From Bacteroidales bacterium (lineage in GTDB: Bacteria; Bacteroidota; Bacteroidia; Bacteroidales; UBA12077), in the NCBI GenBank assembly GCA_036351015.1, contig JAZBOG010000024.1:34675-98674 (forward strand): DNA of 64,000 nt. Reading direction: 5' to 3'. Positions 41,361 to 52,095 of this stretch are shown here, piece after piece (the first letter of the stretch is position 1; each line of letters starts with the position of its first letter). The position numbers and the translations under genes are program-made. Under the pieces are notes generated by a model. It was not told where the DNA came from and made no database searches. It saw nothing but the letters and a program-made list of their open reading frames with translations.

Positions 41361-42056
41361 ATGAAAACAATTGGTCTGCTTGGAGGGATGAGCTGGGAAT
41401 CCTCCTTAGTATATTACAAAATTATAAACCAGAAAGTAAAAGAATATTTAGGAGGACATCACTCGTGTGAGTGTGTTATGTACTCGGTGGATTTTGATCC
41501 GATAAAGAAATTACAACATGAAGACCGATGGGAAGAACTCACCCAAATAATGATTGAGGCAGCCCAAAAAATTGAAAAAGGAGGAGCTGAAATGCTCACT
41601 ATTTGCACTAACACCATGCATAAAATGTATGATGAAGTTCAAAACAGCATTTCGATTCCCGTATTGCATATTGCTGATGCAACTGCAGAAGCAGTTAAGG
41701 AGAAAAATTTAGATAAGATTGCGCTCCTGGGGACCAAATTTACCATGCAGCAAGATTTTTATAAAGGAAGGTTAATAAAAAAACATGGAATCAACGTATT
41801 CACCCCCGAAGGCAATGATCTGGAATCGGTGCACCAGATTATTTATGATGAACTGGTGTTAGGCAATATTCAGGATGATTCACGAAAAATCTTCCGGCAA
41901 ATTATTGAACAATTAGCCCAAAAGGGTACCCAGGGAGTTATCCTGGGATGTACCGAAATCCCTTTACTTATCAAACAGGGAGATGTGCCGGTTCCTGTGT
42001 TTGACACAACGACTATACATGCCGAAAAAACGGTTGATTTTGCATTGAATGGTTAA
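41361..42056 (+). CDS. Aspartate/glutamate racemase family (RacX/YgeA-like)
   Basis: MKTIGLLGGMSWES, CTNTMH, ILGCTEI. Confidence 0.92.
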   Translation: MKTIGLLGGMSWESSLVYYKIINQKVKEYLGGHHSCECVMYSVDFDPIKKLQHEDRWEELTQIMIEAAQKIEKGGAEMLTICTNTMHKMYDEVQNSISIPVLHIADATAEAVKEKNLDKIALLGTKFTMQQDFYKGRLIKKHGINVFTPEGNDLESVHQIIYDELVLGNIQDDSRKIFRQIIEQLAQKGTQGVILGCTEIPLLIKQGDVPVPVFDTTTIHAEKTVDFALNG

Positions 42057-42151
42057 ATAAAACAGGCTGAGAAATCTTCAAAAAAATTACACTTTAAAGA
42101 AACAACAAGGAGTAAGAGTTGTTACAATATTAAAATCAAAAGCAAAGTGTT

Positions 42152-42913
42152 ATGAAAAAATTTGAAGATAAAGTAATATTAATTACCGGAGGATCAGGAG
42201 GCATTGGAGCCACCGCGGCAAAACTTTTTATTCACGAGGGAGCTAAGGTAATGCTTGTAGATATTAATGAAAACAGCCTAAGGGATACTATTAATGAAAT
42301 TGGTAGTGAACATTCTGCATACGTGGTTGCTGATGTTTCGGATGAGCAGCAAACCCAGGAATATGTTGAAAAAACCATCCAAGAGTTCGGAAAGATTGAT
42401 GTTTTTTTAAACAATGCAGGGATTGAAGGGAAAGTACTCCCTCTGGATGAATATCCTCTCGATGAATTTAACAGGGTCGTTGATATTAATGTAAAAGGAG
42501 CCTATTATGGCCTTCGTCATGTTTTTCCACATATGAAAAAAAATGGCGGGAGCATTGTTATAACCTCCTCGGTAGCAGGATTGGCAGGAACCCCTAATGT
42601 ACTGCCCTATGTCACCAGTAAACATGCGGTTATCGGGATGATGAAATCAGCGGCATTAGAAGGAGCTCCCCATAAAATCCGGGTAAATACGATTAATCCA
42701 TCACCGGTAGATAACCGAATGATGCGTTCCTTAGAGGAAGGCTTTGCCCCGGGGGAGGCTGAAAATGCGAGATCCGGTTTTGAGCAATCCATCCCCCTTG
42801 GTCGCTATGCAACCAACGAAGAAGTTGCTCAACTAATGCTCTTTTTGGCCAGCGATGATAGTGAATTTATCACCGGAACGGTAAATCCTATCGATGGTGG
42901 AATGACTGCCTAA
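42152..42913 (+). CDS. Short-chain dehydrogenase/reductase
   Basis: TGGSGGIG, NNAG, YVTSK. Confidence 0.92.
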   Translation: MKKFEDKVILITGGSGGIGATAAKLFIHEGAKVMLVDINENSLRDTINEIGSEHSAYVVADVSDEQQTQEYVEKTIQEFGKIDVFLNNAGIEGKVLPLDEYPLDEFNRVVDINVKGAYYGLRHVFPHMKKNGGSIVITSSVAGLAGTPNVLPYVTSKHAVIGMMKSAALEGAPHKIRVNTINPSPVDNRMMRSLEEGFAPGEAENARSGFEQSIPLGRYATNEEVAQLMLFLASDDSEFITGTVNPIDGGMTA

Positions 42914-42937
42914 GAAAGTAAAATCGAAATATTTTTC

Positions 42938-42962
42938 AGCCCTGGATGCCAGGGCTTTTTTT
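42938..42962 (+). terminator. Intrinsic terminator
   Basis: AGCCCTGG-ATG-CCAGGGCT followed by a T run. Confidence 0.8.
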
Positions 42963-42963
42963 A

Positions 42964-43392
42964 TTACAAAATCTTCTCCAAGATATAATGTTCACTTAAT
43001 CCTCCTTGAATTATATTTCCCTCTATGTCGAGCTGCTGCAAATAGTTTTCACCTACTTTATAGTGGTTTGTTGTTTTTGGATCCAAGTGTAACTGTATGG
43101 CCGACCCTTTACTATTCCATTTAAAACGGCCCATTTGTTCAAATACCTTGTTTGGATCCTCTCCAAGATATTTCATTTGCAGGATAAACGTATTATTGTC
43201 AAACAGAGTAATAGTGGTTTCAATTCCAGGACAATCGGCACAAGGCAAAACACCCTGGTAGGTTCCTGTCCAATCGAGGCTTATTTGTGAAGTATGCATA
43301 TCCGGAGGACTCTCCACTGAACTTACCAACCTTTCAGAGCTACTACACCGGATAAGAAAAAGAAAAACCAGGAACAATATTATTTTATACAT
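42964..43392 (-). CDS. NlpE/CutF N-terminal domain protein
   Basis: SLDWTGTYQGVLPCADCPGIETTITL. Confidence 0.88.
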   Translation of the reverse strand: MYKIILFLVFLFLIRCSSSERLVSSVESPPDMHTSQISLDWTGTYQGVLPCADCPGIETTITLFDNNTFILQMKYLGEDPNKVFEQMGRFKWNSKGSAIQLHLDPKTTNHYKVGENYLQQLDIEGNIIQGGLSEHYILEKIL

Positions 43393-43405
43393 GGTTCAAC
43401 AATAA

Positions 43406-45535
43406 TTATTCAACATTTTTCATGGTAAGCTGAATACGTTTCCTGGCAAGATCCACTTCCAACACTTTTACCTTAACATACTGATGCAGTTTTACAATTT
43501 CATTGGGATCAGACACAAAACGATTGGCCAGTTGGGAAATATGAACCAATCCATCCTGTTTAACGCCAACATCAACAAAGGCCCCAAAATTGGTAATATT
43601 GGTAACAATTCCGGGAAGCTCCATCCCCACCTTTAAATCTTCCATTTTATGAATTCCTTCAGCAAACTCAAATACTTTAATTCCTTTTCGCGGATCTCTT
43701 CCGGGTTTTGCCAACTCATTAATAATATCGGTTAATGTAGGTAAGCCCACTTCATCGGTTACATAATTATCCAGAATAATTTGTTTTCGCAAATTATCAT
43801 TTTTGATTAAATCGATCACTTCACACTTTTGATCCGTAGCCATTTTTTCAACAATAGGGTAGCTCTCGGGATGAACGGCCGTATTATCCAGTGGGTTTTC
43901 AGGGTCACTGATCCGCAGGAATCCGGCAGCCTGTTGAAACGCCTTCTCCCCCATTCGTTTCACTTTAGTCAGCTCCTTACGGGAAGCAAAAGCTCCATTT
44001 TCTTTCCGGTAATCAACAATATTTTGTGCCAGTTGTGGTCCGAGACCAGAGATATAATGAAACAGGTGTTTGCTGGCAGTATTCAGGTTAACTCCCACCA
44101 GGTTAACACAGCTTTCCACAACCTGGTCCAGTTTATTTTTTAGTTGATTCTGATCCACATCATGCTGATACTGGCCGACACCTATTGATTTTGGATCAAT
44201 CTTCACCAGTTCAGCCAGGGGGTCCATTAATCGTCGTCCGATAGAAACAGCGCCCCGAACCGTAACATCATATTCGGGAAATTCCTCCCGGGCCACCGAA
44301 GATGCTGAGTATACCGATGCTCCATCTTCACTCACCACAAACACACGGATATCTTTCGAGAATCGTATTTTCTTAATCAGGGCTTCGGTTTCACGGCTGG
44401 CTGTTCCATTCCCAATTGCAATAGCATCTATTTTAAAAGTTTCTACCATTGAATCAATTTTCTTCATAGCCATACCTTTTTCATTCTGCGGATGGTGTGG
44501 GTAGATAGTTTCGTTATGCAGCAGGTTACCCTGGGCATCGAGGCATACCACCTTACAACCGGTTCGGTAACCGGGATCGATCGCCAGTACATTTTTCTGC
44601 CCCAGGGGCGGAGCCAGTAACAACTGACGCAAATTATCGGCAAAAACATTAATCGCGGCCTCATCTGCTTTTTCCTTGGATAAATTTTTAAATTCTGTCT
44701 CAATGGAAGGCTCAAGTAATCGTTTATAACTGTCTTTCACGGCCATCCGAACCTGTTCGGACACGTCATCGTTCCCTTTCACAAAATGCTTTTCGAGAAT
44801 TTCCAGGGCTTCCTCTTCTTCGGGAGAGATAGAAACTTTCAGGAACCCTTCATTTTCCCCCCGCCGCATGGCTAATAATCGATGCGAAGGACATCTTTTC
44901 AGGGGTTCTTCCCACTCAAAATAATCCTGATATTTGATCCCTTCCAATTCTTTACCTTTAACTGACCGGGAGCGAATAAACGCCTTGTGTTGAAACAGAC
45001 GGCGGATCGTATTTCGGGCCTTTTCATTTTCGTTAATCCACTCGGCAATAATATCCCTTGCTCCCTGCAAAGCATCATCAATACCTGGAACCTCGTTGCT
45101 TAAAAACTGTTCAGCCCGGGCTTCCAACTTTAACTCCTGCTGTTTCATGATAATTTTAGCCAGGGGTTCTAACCCTCTTTGCCTGGCCACGCTTGCCCGG
45201 GTTTTCTTTTTCGGCTTATAGGGTAAATAGAGGTCTTCGAGTTCGGTTAACGAATCTGCTTTTTCTATTCTTTCTTTTAACTCATCAGTCAGTTTCCCCT
45301 GTTCATCAATGGTTTTTAAAATGGTTTCTCTTCGCTGATCGATTTCTTTCAGCCGGGTAAGGATATCTTTTATTGCAGTAATCTGTACCTCATCCAGGCT
45401 ACCGGTTACTTCCTTTCTGTATCGGCTGATAAAGGGAATCGTTGCCCCGTCGTCAAATAAACGAATCGTATTTTCAACCTGCCACTCGTTAATGCCTAAA
45501 TCCAAAGCGATGGATTGTATGTGTTTTTCATTCAT
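43406..45535 (-). CDS. tex: Tex-family RNA-binding transcription accessory protein
   Basis: GATIPFISRYRKE, IDPGYRTGCK, IGVGQYQHDV, C-terminal S1 domain. Confidence 0.95.
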   Translation of the reverse strand: MNEKHIQSIALDLGINEWQVENTIRLFDDGATIPFISRYRKEVTGSLDEVQITAIKDILTRLKEIDQRRETILKTIDEQGKLTDELKERIEKADSLTELEDLYLPYKPKKKTRASVARQRGLEPLAKIIMKQQELKLEARAEQFLSNEVPGIDDALQGARDIIAEWINENEKARNTIRRLFQHKAFIRSRSVKGKELEGIKYQDYFEWEEPLKRCPSHRLLAMRRGENEGFLKVSISPEEEEALEILEKHFVKGNDDVSEQVRMAVKDSYKRLLEPSIETEFKNLSKEKADEAAINVFADNLRQLLLAPPLGQKNVLAIDPGYRTGCKVVCLDAQGNLLHNETIYPHHPQNEKGMAMKKIDSMVETFKIDAIAIGNGTASRETEALIKKIRFSKDIRVFVVSEDGASVYSASSVAREEFPEYDVTVRGAVSIGRRLMDPLAELVKIDPKSIGVGQYQHDVDQNQLKNKLDQVVESCVNLVGVNLNTASKHLFHYISGLGPQLAQNIVDYRKENGAFASRKELTKVKRMGEKAFQQAAGFLRISDPENPLDNTAVHPESYPIVEKMATDQKCEVIDLIKNDNLRKQIILDNYVTDEVGLPTLTDIINELAKPGRDPRKGIKVFEFAEGIHKMEDLKVGMELPGIVTNITNFGAFVDVGVKQDGLVHISQLANRFVSDPNEIVKLHQYVKVKVLEVDLARKRIQLTMKNVE

Positions 45536-45582
45536 AATACTTTAAAATTAAAAGAGAGCTAAAATTAGAAAATAATCGACTG

Positions 45583-45615
45583 AAAAAAAAGCCCTGCTTA
45601 ACAGCAGGACTTTTT
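45583..45615 (-). terminator. Intrinsic terminator
   Basis: Minus strand AGTCCTGCT-GTTA-AGCAGGGCT then a T run. Confidence 0.78.
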
Positions 45616-45631
45616 ATTGTAAATAAAGTAT

Positions 45632-46801
45632 TCAGGAGAAATTGATCCAAAGAGATAATAATAAATAGAGGTAATGTGCAAAAGTCCCGGCAACAATTCC
45701 TCCAATTGTATGAGAAATTAAAGCCTTGGAAGTTAAAAAGCGGTGATTTAAAGTATCCAGCATGGCAGTATGCGTACTTAAATAACCACTCCAGCACATG
45801 CCCATGGCTGTAAATACAGCAATCTCATTACCGGTAATGATACCCTGGCCGATAAAAGCTTTTACCAGGGAGAGGGCAGCTCCCACAGCTCCCAGCGATG
45901 TAATGGGGAAAGCTACCAGTTCCGGTTTTTCAAACCCAAACAATCCTTTAAACAACCAGTCGAACCAACTGGCAATTTTGGGTAAGACAGGAACCCCTTC
46001 ATAGGCTAATCCCTGGTAGCCCACGCTGGCATCCTCGGGACCAAAAGTAATAATCATTACGACCGTACTAATAATTAAAACGCCGGGAATAATCTGCAAA
46101 CCCAGGTCAACACCTGATTTACCACCATCCAGGATAGAATTTAAAAAACGCAGGAATACTCCCCCCTTGGATTTAAATGAAATTGATGATGAATCTTCCT
46201 TTTGATCACCTACCGGGCGTTCGTCACTTAGTTTCCCTCTAATCATTCCCTGCATCATACGGGTCGAAACAATTGCTCCAACAATAGCACCCAAAAAACC
46301 AATCATTGCAGGGCCGAAAAAACCGAAGCTGGACATAAAGGTAAGCACGATCAACCCCATCCCGGAAGCCGTTCCGAAATTCGTTAAGGAAATAAGTTCA
46401 TATTTTTTAAAATAACGACTGAAATTCTTATCATTCGACAGACTGATAATTGCCGGGTTATCGGAAAAAAAAGTCATCAGGCCCGCCAGTGAAGCAACCC
46501 CCGGAAGTCTAAAAACCGGACGCATTAGAGGAGCCAGAAAAATTTCCAACAACCGGACCACACCGAATTCTATCATTAACTTACCCAATGCCCCGGATAA
46601 AACCGTTATGCCCATAATAAAAAATACGGTATTCATCAACAGATCCCAGGCGGTATTCATAATGGTATTGAGCAAATTGGTTACCCCCATTACCGAACCT
46701 AAATAGCCAAAAAAACCAAAAAATAAAATAAGAAAGATAAATGCTTCGTACCTCCTGTTCCGGAGGAAATCTGATTTTTTAATACTCTTTATTGCATTCA
46801 T
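45632..46801 (-). CDS. Gate-domain membrane transporter-like protein (CD0519/CD1768-like)
   Basis: PLMRPVFRLPG, FSDNPAII, TNFGTASGMG, MGMCWSGYLSTH. Confidence 0.75.
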   Translation of the reverse strand: MNAIKSIKKSDFLRNRRYEAFIFLILFFGFFGYLGSVMGVTNLLNTIMNTAWDLLMNTVFFIMGITVLSGALGKLMIEFGVVRLLEIFLAPLMRPVFRLPGVASLAGLMTFFSDNPAIISLSNDKNFSRYFKKYELISLTNFGTASGMGLIVLTFMSSFGFFGPAMIGFLGAIVGAIVSTRMMQGMIRGKLSDERPVGDQKEDSSSISFKSKGGVFLRFLNSILDGGKSGVDLGLQIIPGVLIISTVVMIITFGPEDASVGYQGLAYEGVPVLPKIASWFDWLFKGLFGFEKPELVAFPITSLGAVGAALSLVKAFIGQGIITGNEIAVFTAMGMCWSGYLSTHTAMLDTLNHRFLTSKALISHTIGGIVAGTFAHYLYLLLSLWINFS

Positions 46802-46944
46802 AATAATTTGAATTATACCCTAAAAATTTGGGCAAAGATTGAACAACAAAAAATCACAAAAAGTGACTTTTCTCAGGTATGGTAAGAAAAAGGAGGTGTT
46901 TTACAACAATGATTTAAGTCAGGAATTGAAAGAAAGCTGAAGAC

Positions 46945-49245
46945 TTACAGATAATGATCAATTTTTTCAAGCAACTCGTATTTATTGATCGGTTTGGCTA
47001 TATAATCATCGCAACCGGCATCGAGAATATTCTGGCGATCTTCATCCATAGCATTAGCTGTTTGGGCAATAACTGGCAACCCGGGCTTAAAGGCTTTAAT
47101 TCTGCCCGTAGCTTCAAGACCATCCATCATCGGAAGCTGAATATCCATTAACACCAGGTCAATATCCGGTTTTTTTTGACAAAGTTCAATTGCTTGTTCC
47201 CCGTTCTCTGCATGTATACAATGGACCTTTGAATCCTTCAGAAACTTTGTCAGTAATTCGTAGGAAATCTGGGCATCTTCAACAATCAGGATGGTTTTTT
47301 CCGGCCATACATAAGCATGCGTTTGGTTTTTTTCTACTCCTTTGTTGGTTTCAACAACTTTTAATGGAATTGAAAAGTAGAAAGTTGATCCGCCGGGTTT
47401 CTCTTCAGCACGATTTTCTTTTTGAGATTCCACCCATATTTTACCTCCCATGTTTTCGACAATTCCCTTGGAGATCGAAAGCCCCAACCCTGAACCACCA
47501 TACTTCCGGGTAGTTTTATCATCTACCTGCCGGAATCGTTCGAAAATAATTTCGCTTTCCTGGGGAGTCATACCAATCCCGGTATCCCGGACAAAAAAAT
47601 GGATTTGGTCTGAGAGAATCTTATACCCAAAGGTTATTCTCCCATTATAGGTAAATTTTAGGGCATTGCTCAACAGGTTATATAAAACCTGGTTGATACG
47701 GTCAGGGTCAGAATAAATTGTATAATCCCTGTTTTTTACCTCTTTTTCGAGTAGAATCTGAATATGTGATTTTTCAACATTTATCTTTTCTTCGTTATAA
47801 AAACTTAAAAGTTCATCCAGAATATCATTAACCCGACACGCCCGGTTATTTATTCGTAAATGGTTGGCTTCAATCTTGGAAAGATCAATAATATCATTAA
47901 TAAGATTCAACAATAATAACCCACTTTTATGAATAATATTCAAATATTTCTCTAATGTATCCCGGTCAATTGTAGGGTTGTCTATTAATAACTTGGAAAA
48001 TCCAATAATCCCATTCATGGGAGTTCTGATTTCATGCGAAATATTAGCCAAAAAAGCGGATTTTAATTTATTGGATTCTTCAGCTTTTTCTTTGGCTAGC
48101 AATAATTTTTCGTGATTCAATTCAATTTGTTGGAGATATCTCTTCTTTTGACGTAACCTTTTCCTTTTAATCAGGGTATTTACCCATAACAATCCAATGG
48201 CTACAATTAATAAAACAATAATGATGAGGATATAAATAGTTTCCTGTTTATATTCTTTAAACAAGGCCAGGGGGTGGTTAATGACCGTTGAATTATCAGG
48301 CAATTTGGAAAGATTTACATTAAATTTATCCAGCTGATGATAATCAAAAAAATAATGGGTAGAATCAATTTCCACATTAATGGTATTAACATTTTCACCA
48401 CCAAGGATTCTTTTGGCTATATTTCCTGCCATAACCCCCTGAACTTCACCACTATTCATCTTTCCTCCCACCACCCCATGTTCCAGGTAGAAGGTCCATA
48501 CGCCATAAACAGGGACCGGGGATACCTTTGTAATGTTTTGTACAATTTGATCATACGAACAATATTCATTCGTTTTATCTTTATTAAAGGCCGTAAGAAA
48601 AACAATGGCCTTCTCATCCAGGCCGGCAATTTTCTGATATAGCTCTTCGAAGGAATAGTGACGTAAAAATTCATAGCGAATATCCTGGGCATAAGTTTCC
48701 AGCTCACGTACGGCACGTTGATAAATAATTTGGCCTGTACTGGTAAAATCGGCTAAAAAATAAATCTTGGAATATTCTGGGTGTAATTTTTTAATTAACA
48801 ACACATTATCAATAAAATCCACTTTCTCTAACACTCCGGTATAACCCGGAGGATATCGGTGGGGGCAATTAATCCCTGAAAATACAACAGGTACCTTCCC
48901 AAATAAACTATCCCGGTAGGTTAACAGGAATTCAAATGCATCATCATCCGATGCAATAATAACATCCAGATCAGTATTCTTATATTTTTTGACATAGAAT
49001 TTTTTAAGCAGATGGGTATAAGTTAAATCGGAGAATCTTTTCGAATCAAGATACTCAACAAATATTTCTGCATGACTGGCGGTTTCTCCCAGGCCGGTAT
49101 TAATTCCCTCTACAATCTGATCGGTCCACTGCAACCCTTTATGGTAGGAGTTAAGGATTAAAACATTATATTTTTTTGCACTAAATACACTGCTAGTGGT
49201 TAATACCACAAAAAGTATTAAAAAAAAATATTTTTTAACCTTCAT
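46945..49245 (-). CDS. Hybrid histidine kinase with ABC-substrate-binding-like periplasmic sensor and receiver
   Basis: [45 protein letters not shown]. Confidence 0.92.
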   Translation of the reverse strand: MKVKKYFFLILFVVLTTSSVFSAKKYNVLILNSYHKGLQWTDQIVEGINTGLGETASHAEIFVEYLDSKRFSDLTYTHLLKKFYVKKYKNTDLDVIIASDDDAFEFLLTYRDSLFGKVPVVFSGINCPHRYPPGYTGVLEKVDFIDNVLLIKKLHPEYSKIYFLADFTSTGQIIYQRAVRELETYAQDIRYEFLRHYSFEELYQKIAGLDEKAIVFLTAFNKDKTNEYCSYDQIVQNITKVSPVPVYGVWTFYLEHGVVGGKMNSGEVQGVMAGNIAKRILGGENVNTINVEIDSTHYFFDYHQLDKFNVNLSKLPDNSTVINHPLALFKEYKQETIYILIIIVLLIVAIGLLWVNTLIKRKRLRQKKRYLQQIELNHEKLLLAKEKAEESNKLKSAFLANISHEIRTPMNGIIGFSKLLIDNPTIDRDTLEKYLNIIHKSGLLLLNLINDIIDLSKIEANHLRINNRACRVNDILDELLSFYNEEKINVEKSHIQILLEKEVKNRDYTIYSDPDRINQVLYNLLSNALKFTYNGRITFGYKILSDQIHFFVRDTGIGMTPQESEIIFERFRQVDDKTTRKYGGSGLGLSISKGIVENMGGKIWVESQKENRAEEKPGGSTFYFSIPLKVVETNKGVEKNQTHAYVWPEKTILIVEDAQISYELLTKFLKDSKVHCIHAENGEQAIELCQKKPDIDLVLMDIQLPMMDGLEATGRIKAFKPGLPVIAQTANAMDEDRQNILDAGCDDYIAKPINKYELLEKIDHYL

Positions 49246-49301
49246 AGATTAAATATTAACCTGGGCAATTTAAAAAAAAAACATGGAATAAAAAACTTCA
49301 T

Positions 49302-49335
49302 AAAAAAAAAGAGCAACCCTGAGGATTGCTCTTTT
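49302..49335 (-). terminator. Intrinsic terminator of the rnf operon
   Basis: Minus strand GAGCAATCC-TCA-GGGTTGCTC then T9. Confidence 0.85.
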
Positions 49336-49355
49336 ATCGGGGGATTTTAAATATT

Positions 49356-49928
49356 TTATACAAGTCCTGCAAACCCCATAAAAGCCAGAGCCAATAAACC
49401 GGCTACCACAAAAGCAATGGGAACTCCTTTCATAGCTTTTGGAACATTAACCATATCAAGATGTTCACGCAAACCGGCAAAGGTTATTAGGGCCAGGCCA
49501 AAACCAATAGCATTGGCAATGGCAAAAACAACACTTTCGAGAAGGTTATAGTCTTTTTGCACAGCCAGTATGGCTACACCCAGTACCGCACAGTTTGTGG
49601 TAATCAAAGGAAGAAAGATTCCTAAAGCCTGGTACAGGGAGGGGCTTACTTTTTTCAGCATGATTTCAACCAATTGAACCAGGGATGCGATAACCAGGAT
49701 AAAGGTAATGGTTTGCATAAAAGAAATTCCCAACGGGATCAACACATAATTTTGCAACAGATAGGTTACTATGGTTGCAATAACCATGACAAAAGTTACT
49801 GCCCCGGTCATCCCCACTGACGTTTCAACTTTACTCGAAACACCAATAAACGGACATATACCGAGGAACTGTGCTAATACAATATTATTTACGAATATTG
49901 CCGATATAATGATAATAATATATTCCAT
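49356..49928 (-). CDS. rnfA: Rnf complex subunit A
   Basis: [23 protein letters not shown]. Confidence 0.95.
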   Translation of the reverse strand: MEYIIIIISAIFVNNIVLAQFLGICPFIGVSSKVETSVGMTGAVTFVMVIATIVTYLLQNYVLIPLGISFMQTITFILVIASLVQLVEIMLKKVSPSLYQALGIFLPLITTNCAVLGVAILAVQKDYNLLESVVFAIANAIGFGLALITFAGLREHLDMVNVPKAMKGVPIAFVVAGLLALAFMGFAGLV

Positions 49929-49938
49929 AGTAATTTAT

Positions 49939-50526
49939 TTAAGCCGTTTTTTTATTGATTTTGTTGATCAGTACAATAAGGTAGCCCAACGCGATAAATG
50001 CTCCGGGTGCTAAAACAAACACCAGCATACCATCACCTTCGATAAATTTATAGCCAAAGATAGATCCACTACCCAGTAACTCACGAACTCCTCCAAGGAT
50101 CGTAAGAGCCATGGCAAAACCGAAACCCATTCCCAATCCATCGATGATGGATGAAAAAACTCCGTTTTTTGAGGCAAATGCTTCAGATCGGCCAAGTACC
50201 AGGCAGTTTACAACGATCAACGGGATAAATAATCCCAGTTGTTCAAATAAAGAAGGCAAATAGGCTTGCATTACCAGCTCAACAATTGTTACAAACGAAG
50301 CGATAATAACAATGAAAGAGGGAATACGTACCTTATCGGGAATCTGACTCTTAATGATCGATACTACCAGGTTTGACATCACCAGCACAAAAGTGGTAGC
50401 CAGTCCCATACCCAGGCCATTAAATGCCGAAGTAGTAACTCCCAGGGTTGGACATAATCCAAGGAATAGCACAAAAACAGGGTTATCCTTAAAAAATCCT
50501 TTGCTAAAATTTTTCCATTGATTCAT
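49939..50526 (-). CDS. rnfE: Rnf complex subunit E
   Basis: LGLCPTLGVT, FIPLIVVNC, APGAF. Confidence 0.95.
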   Translation of the reverse strand: MNQWKNFSKGFFKDNPVFVLFLGLCPTLGVTTSAFNGLGMGLATTFVLVMSNLVVSIIKSQIPDKVRIPSFIVIIASFVTIVELVMQAYLPSLFEQLGLFIPLIVVNCLVLGRSEAFASKNGVFSSIIDGLGMGFGFAMALTILGGVRELLGSGSIFGYKFIEGDGMLVFVLAPGAFIALGYLIVLINKINKKTA

Positions 50527-51101
50527 TGTTTACCTCCTTCCATATATGCGTTATAAGCACGTTCAACAGCATCGCAAAATGCTCTTGAGGTGATCGTAGA
50601 GGCAGTGATTGCATCCACATCACCTCCATCTTTGGTAACTTTCAGCTGAAAATCAGCCGGATTTTTACCGTTAAACTGAACGCTCCAATCTGACTTATTT
50701 TTCTGCATTTTATCCCCTAATCCCGGGGTTTCCTTATGTTCCAATACAGAGATATTATGAATGGTGCCATCGGGTAAAAAGCCTACCATCAGCTTAAAAT
50801 TTCCGCTAAACCCTTTATTAGTGAATGTACTTACAGCAGTTCCAACGAGTTCATTATTCTTTTTCGCAGGAAAAAATTCCAGGCTGTCACCCTCAACAGC
50901 CACTTTATAGGATTCTTTTCCGGGTTCATTATCAAAATCGGGTACTACCTGCTTAATGGCATTATTTTGTTTAGCCAGTTTACTGGCAGCAATAGGGTCT
51001 TTCGTCAATTCATAAATGTATCCCAGGGCTGCTGATGCTACCAGGGTCACCATAAATAGGGTAAGCACCATATTGATAAATGTAGATTCTTTCTTAGCCA
51101 T
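50523..51101 (-). CDS. rnfG: Rnf complex subunit G
   Basis: HKETPGLG, FMN-binding DAITASTITS. Confidence 0.93.
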   Translation of the reverse strand: MAKKESTFINMVLTLFMVTLVASAALGYIYELTKDPIAASKLAKQNNAIKQVVPDFDNEPGKESYKVAVEGDSLEFFPAKKNNELVGTAVSTFTNKGFSGNFKLMVGFLPDGTIHNISVLEHKETPGLGDKMQKNKSDWSVQFNGKNPADFQLKVTKDGGDVDAITASTITSRAFCDAVERAYNAYMEGGKQ

Positions 51102-52095
51102 GATTCACCTCCTCTCCGAAACGTTTAGGTTTTATGTAAGCGTTAATTAAAGGGACAAAGGCATTCATAATTAAGATAGCAAATGAAACACCTTCCGGGT
51201 ATGCTCCAAAAACCCTGATTAAAACAGTAATTAATCCGATTCCGATTCCGTATATCCACATTCCTTTTACCGACATGGGTGAGGTAACATAATCGGTAGC
51301 CATATAGATAGCTCCCAACAATACACCCCCGGTTAATAAATGGAATAAAGGATCTGCATTCGCTTCCGGGTTGATCAACCACAATATACCGGTAAATACG
51401 GTAATTGTTGCAATGATTGAAACCGGGATATGCCAGGTAATCACTTTCCGGATCAACAAATAGGCAAAACCAATGAGTAATGCCAGGGCAGCAATTTCTC
51501 CCATGGATCCGCCCATATGACCATAAAACATCTCCATATGGCTAGGGATCTGGTTCATAATATCAGCAACGGCATCTCCTTTATCCACCCCTTCTTTCAT
51601 AATTCCCAATGGAGTAGCGCCGGTTACGGCATCGGTATACCCGGTATTGAAGCCCTTGGGCACCGGCCAGCTGGTCATTTGCACAGGAAAGGAGATTAAA
51701 AGAAAAACACGACCTACCAGGGCCGGGTTAAAAGGATTATTTCCCAAACCTCCAAAGGACATCTTACCAATACCAATAGCCACTAAACTACCAATCATGA
51801 TAATCCAAACCGGCAGGTTTGTAGGCACATTAAAGGCAAGCAATAATCCGGTAAGGATAGCAGAACCATCGGATATGGAAGGTTCTTGTTTGAGAAGATA
51901 CTTTTGAATGAGCCATTCAAAAGCTACACAGGAAACTACGGCTGTCAGGGTTACATATATTGCGCCCATCCCAAAAAAGTAAATCGAAAAGGCTAAAGCG
52001 GGTAAAAGGGCAATAATTACATCAAACATCAGCCGTTTTACGGTTGTATCCTCATAAACATGAGGTGATGGTGATACGGTTAATAATTTATTCAT
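51094..52095 (-). CDS. rnfD: Rnf complex subunit D
   Basis: SPSPH, FGGLGNNPFNPA, TGATPL, MATDYVTSP. Confidence 0.95.
   Translation of the reverse strand: MNKLLTVSPSPHVYEDTTVKRLMFDVIIALLPALAFSIYFFGMGAIYVTLTAVVSCVAFEWLIQKYLLKQEPSISDGSAILTGLLLAFNVPTNLPVWIIMIGSLVAIGIGKMSFGGLGNNPFNPALVGRVFLLISFPVQMTSWPVPKGFNTGYTDAVTGATPLGIMKEGVDKGDAVADIMNQIPSHMEMFYGHMGGSMGEIAALALLIGFAYLLIRKVITWHIPVSIIATITVFTGILWLINPEANADPLFHLLTGGVLLGAIYMATDYVTSPMSVKGMWIYGIGIGLITVLIRVFGAYPEGVSFAILIMNAFVPLINAYIKPKRFGEEVNHG

Noticed and set aside
41263-41370. N-terminal extension of the response regulator in the ORF track
   Set aside because: It runs through the promoter region and overlaps the racemase start; the receiver domain begins at ATG 41262.
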